From: Candidatus Latescibacterota bacterium
Lineage (GTDB): Bacteria > Latescibacterota > UBA2968 > GCA-2709665
Length of the DNA stretch: 64,000 nt
Direction: 5' to 3'
NCBI GenBank assembly: GCA_965219455.1
Contig: OZ244744.1
Coordinates: 2,720,001 to 2,784,000 of the forward strand
In this document: positions 61,374-64,000 of the stretch, in pieces
Numbering within the stretch: the stretch's first letter is position 1
Layout: each line of letters opens with the position of its first letter
The notes under the pieces: generated by a model
Databases searched by the model: none
Seen by the model: the letters and a program-made list of their open reading frames with translations, nothing else
What the model was told of the DNA's origin: nothing
Position numbers and translations under genes: made by a program

Positions 61374-63341
61374 ATGCCCGCAACGTCCAATCCTCTCGTC
61401 GCCTCCCAGGCTGCGCCCGCGCCGATTCCGGCGAACCGTGGCGTCACTCTCCGATCAGTCTTACTGGCCATTCTCGTATCCGTCGCCGCGTGCGTCTGGG
61501 TCAACTACGTCGAGTACGTCATCCACGCCTCCCGCATGACCCTCAGCCACTTTCCCATGGGTTCGCTGATGGTCTACCTCGCTCTTGCCCTGCTCCTGAA
61601 TCCACTGTGCGGAAAACCCGCCGCGAGATACGCCCTCTCTCCCACCGAACTCAAGGTTATCATGGCTGGCGGCCTGGTTGGCGGCGCCATTCCTTCGGTC
61701 GGTCTGACGGGCTACTTCCTGGGCGCGATTGCCGCGCCGTACTATTTCGCCACACCGGAAAACCAGTGGGGCGAGTTCTTCCACCCCTACATTCCCCGCT
61801 GGCTGGCGCCTCGCAATGTCAACCACGCGCTGGACCACCTGTTTGAAGGCGGCCCACCCGGAATGGATATTCCGTGGGACGTCTGGTACATCCCCCTGGC
61901 AGCGTGGATGGCTTTGATCACGGCCCTCTTCGTGGCCTCCACATGCCTGTCCGTCATCCTCCGGAAACAATGGGTGGAAAGCGAACGGCTCAGCTATCCG
62001 ATCCTGCGCCCGGTCCTGGATCTCACCGATCGGGCAAGGCCGGGTTTTTCCAGGCGTTTCTGGATCGGGTTCTCCGTTGCCCTGGGCATCATCAGTTGGA
62101 ACATGATCCACTACTTTGTGCCCGGATTTCCGCAGATTCCCAATATCCGCTGGGGACCATGGGTGCTTTTTGAACGCTACTTTCCGGGTATTTGGACCCG
62201 GATCAACATGTTCACCATCTCCTTTGCCTATTTCGCCAATATCGACGTTCTTTTCAGCCTCTGGTTCTTCTGCGTCCTCTTCATCCTGCGCAGTGGGGTG
62301 CTCAATCGATACGGCTACAACGCCAGCAGCATCTATACGACGTCGGGCGAGTTTGCCTGGCTGCAACTCGGCGGATTTGTCACGCTTGTTATCTGGGGAC
62401 TATGGATTGCGCGACACCACCTGAGATCGGTCGTGAGAATCGCTCTTGGCCGCAGTGCGCCCCTGGACGATGCCGACGAAATGATGCGATACCGCACCGC
62501 TGTGCTCGGATTCATCCTGAGCACCCTCTTTGCCGTCTTCTGGTTCTGGCGCGCCGGCATGGGGTTCGGGGTTGCCTGTCTTACCGTTATGGCAACCCTG
62601 GTCATCTTTCTTGGCGTATCCCGCATCGTGGCCGAGGTCGGCCTGGTCTTTGTCTGCACGCCGGTAGGCCAGCAGGAAATCGTCACCCGGCTGATCGGCC
62701 CCCGGAATCTCTCGGGGCCGAGCCTCACTGTACTGGCTTTTTCAAATGCCCTCACCTCGTTTGGCAAGGGCCTGTTCATGCCCTCCGTGGTTCATGCAGC
62801 CAAAATCGCGGATCTGTGTCCTCGCGAAGACCGTCCCCGAGTATTGACTGCGATCTTTCTGGCGTTTGCGGCCGGTGTAGGCGCCTCCATCGCGTACACC
62901 CTCTACCTGGGATACACCCACGGCGCCTATAATTTCAACGACTTCCCGTTCACACGATACAGCCGGGGCGGCTTCGCGAATGCGCTTTCAAAAATGAAGG
63001 ATCCCGCGGTCGAAACCACCATCCGCCCAATCCTGCTGGGCATCGGTGCAGCCCTGATGTCTGTCCTTACCTTCTTGAAATACCGCTTTCCCTGGTGGCC
63101 ACTTCACCCGGTAGGCTTCACCATTGCCGGCATTTCGTACGTCCACTTCTCCACCTTTTCAGTGTTCATCGCGTGGTGCATCAAATTCATCATCCTGCGC
63201 ATCGGCGGCGCGGCCCTGTACCGGCGTTATATCCCGTTTTTTCTGGGCGTACTGACGGGCTATACGACCGGCGTTGGGCTTTCCCTCGTCGTTGACATCA
63301 TCTGGTTCCCCGGCGCCGGCCATTCGATTCACGGATACTGA
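61374..63341 (+). CDS. Polytopic membrane protein (DUF6785/DUF6784-like)
   Basis: GVTLRS, PENQW, LRKQW...ERL.YP, WWPLHPVG; many TM helices. Confidence 0.8.
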   Translation: MPATSNPLVASQAAPAPIPANRGVTLRSVLLAILVSVAACVWVNYVEYVIHASRMTLSHFPMGSLMVYLALALLLNPLCGKPAARYALSPTELKVIMAGGLVGGAIPSVGLTGYFLGAIAAPYYFATPENQWGEFFHPYIPRWLAPRNVNHALDHLFEGGPPGMDIPWDVWYIPLAAWMALITALFVASTCLSVILRKQWVESERLSYPILRPVLDLTDRARPGFSRRFWIGFSVALGIISWNMIHYFVPGFPQIPNIRWGPWVLFERYFPGIWTRINMFTISFAYFANIDVLFSLWFFCVLFILRSGVLNRYGYNASSIYTTSGEFAWLQLGGFVTLVIWGLWIARHHLRSVVRIALGRSAPLDDADEMMRYRTAVLGFILSTLFAVFWFWRAGMGFGVACLTVMATLVIFLGVSRIVAEVGLVFVCTPVGQQEIVTRLIGPRNLSGPSLTVLAFSNALTSFGKGLFMPSVVHAAKIADLCPREDRPRVLTAIFLAFAAGVGASIAYTLYLGYTHGAYNFNDFPFTRYSRGGFANALSKMKDPAVETTIRPILLGIGAALMSVLTFLKYRFPWWPLHPVGFTIAGISYVHFSTFSVFIAWCIKFIILRIGGAALYRRYIPFFLGVLTGYTTGVGLSLVVDIIWFPGAGHSIHGY

Positions 63342-63369
63342 ACCTCTTGTCTTGCTCGCCGCCCACACC

Positions 63370-64000
63370 ATGAGTTCGGGAGAAACCGTTATGGTCGAAA
63401 TCCATCAGGCGTTCAACTGGCACGATAGCCACGGGAATCAGGATTATGTTTTCGGCGAAGACGGATACCTGAAAATGGACGGATCCAGGGCGCCGGTAGG
63501 TTGTTCCCGTCATTTGAAAGAGAAGATCACCGATCGCTACGGCTCCCTTGAACTGGCCATGAGAGTCGTGCTCGACGAGCCGGAATATCACACGCTTTAC
63601 ACCCTGCGCCTTTACGACACCGCGGGCCGCCCGGCCATCGCATGTCACATTCAGAGGGACGGCCGGCTGCTGTTCCAGGGGAGCAACGAACTGGTGGATT
63701 CCGGCCCGGTTCTCACATTCCAGGGCAACTGTCCCTTCAACGATCCTGCCCTGCGCAAGTGGTACGTCGTGGAATCCGATGAACACGTCTACACATTCAA
63801 AGGATTCGATTTTACAAACCAGACAGCTATCTTTCTTCTGGACGGCGAACGATCCGTCACCGTACCTTTCCAGAACCCCGTCAGGGATATCGCGAGGCTG
63901 GAACTCCAGACGGGCGGCATCGATATTGGCCGGTATATCCGTGTGAAGCATGTAAAACAGTTCGTCGGAGGCGAACAGATCGACCACGAAGACTACCCGC
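63370..64000 (+). CDS. Hypothetical protein, runs off the window end
   Basis: Frame open from ATG 63370 (or 63391) to the last base: MSSGETVMVEIHQAFNWHDSHG... Confidence 0.65.
   Translation, partial: MSSGETVMVEIHQAFNWHDSHGNQDYVFGEDGYLKMDGSRAPVGCSRHLKEKITDRYGSLELAMRVVLDEPEYHTLYTLRLYDTAGRPAIACHIQRDGRLLFQGSNELVDSGPVLTFQGNCPFNDPALRKWYVVESDEHVYTFKGFDFTNQTAIFLLDGERSVTVPFQNPVRDIARLELQTGGIDIGRYIRVKHVKQFVGGEQIDHEDYP

Overview
Bacterial, GC-rich chromosomal window. PorV-like, DUF5683, DUF6785, PhyH and sulfatase-like genes suggest an FCB-group organism such as Latescibacterota or Gemmatimonadota, possibly host-associated (inference). The left ~15.4 kb is a defence island lying 3' of a tRNA-Lys(CTT). 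It carries an intact four-gene ubiquitin-like operon (MBL-fold hydrolase with a Gly-containing C-terminal tail, E2-E1-JAB triple fusion, membrane protein, second ComEC-like MBL; 6A/6A-MBL-like, no CD-NTase) behind a probable HTH-ImmA/IrrE gene. It also carries type I RM hsdM and hsdS without hsdR, an AbiEi/AbiEii pair bracketed by two copies of a 34-bp palindrome, an AAA ATPase with an internally deleted DUF4276 partner, and orphan antitoxins (HigA, HicB, Phd fragment). The rest is mostly core or catabolic: moaC, moeA, rne/rng, rplU, rpmA, mdh, acnA, LysR, gpmI, sucC, dnaK (candidate sigma-54 promoter), a CxxxY-type cytochrome c maturation operon interrupted by a MITE, trmH, hydrolases, eda, kdgK, fmt, yajC, tgt and others. 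Several REP-like palindrome families occur, and three genes appear to have lost their middles by short-homology deletion. All family assignments come from motif recognition by eye; no searches were run.
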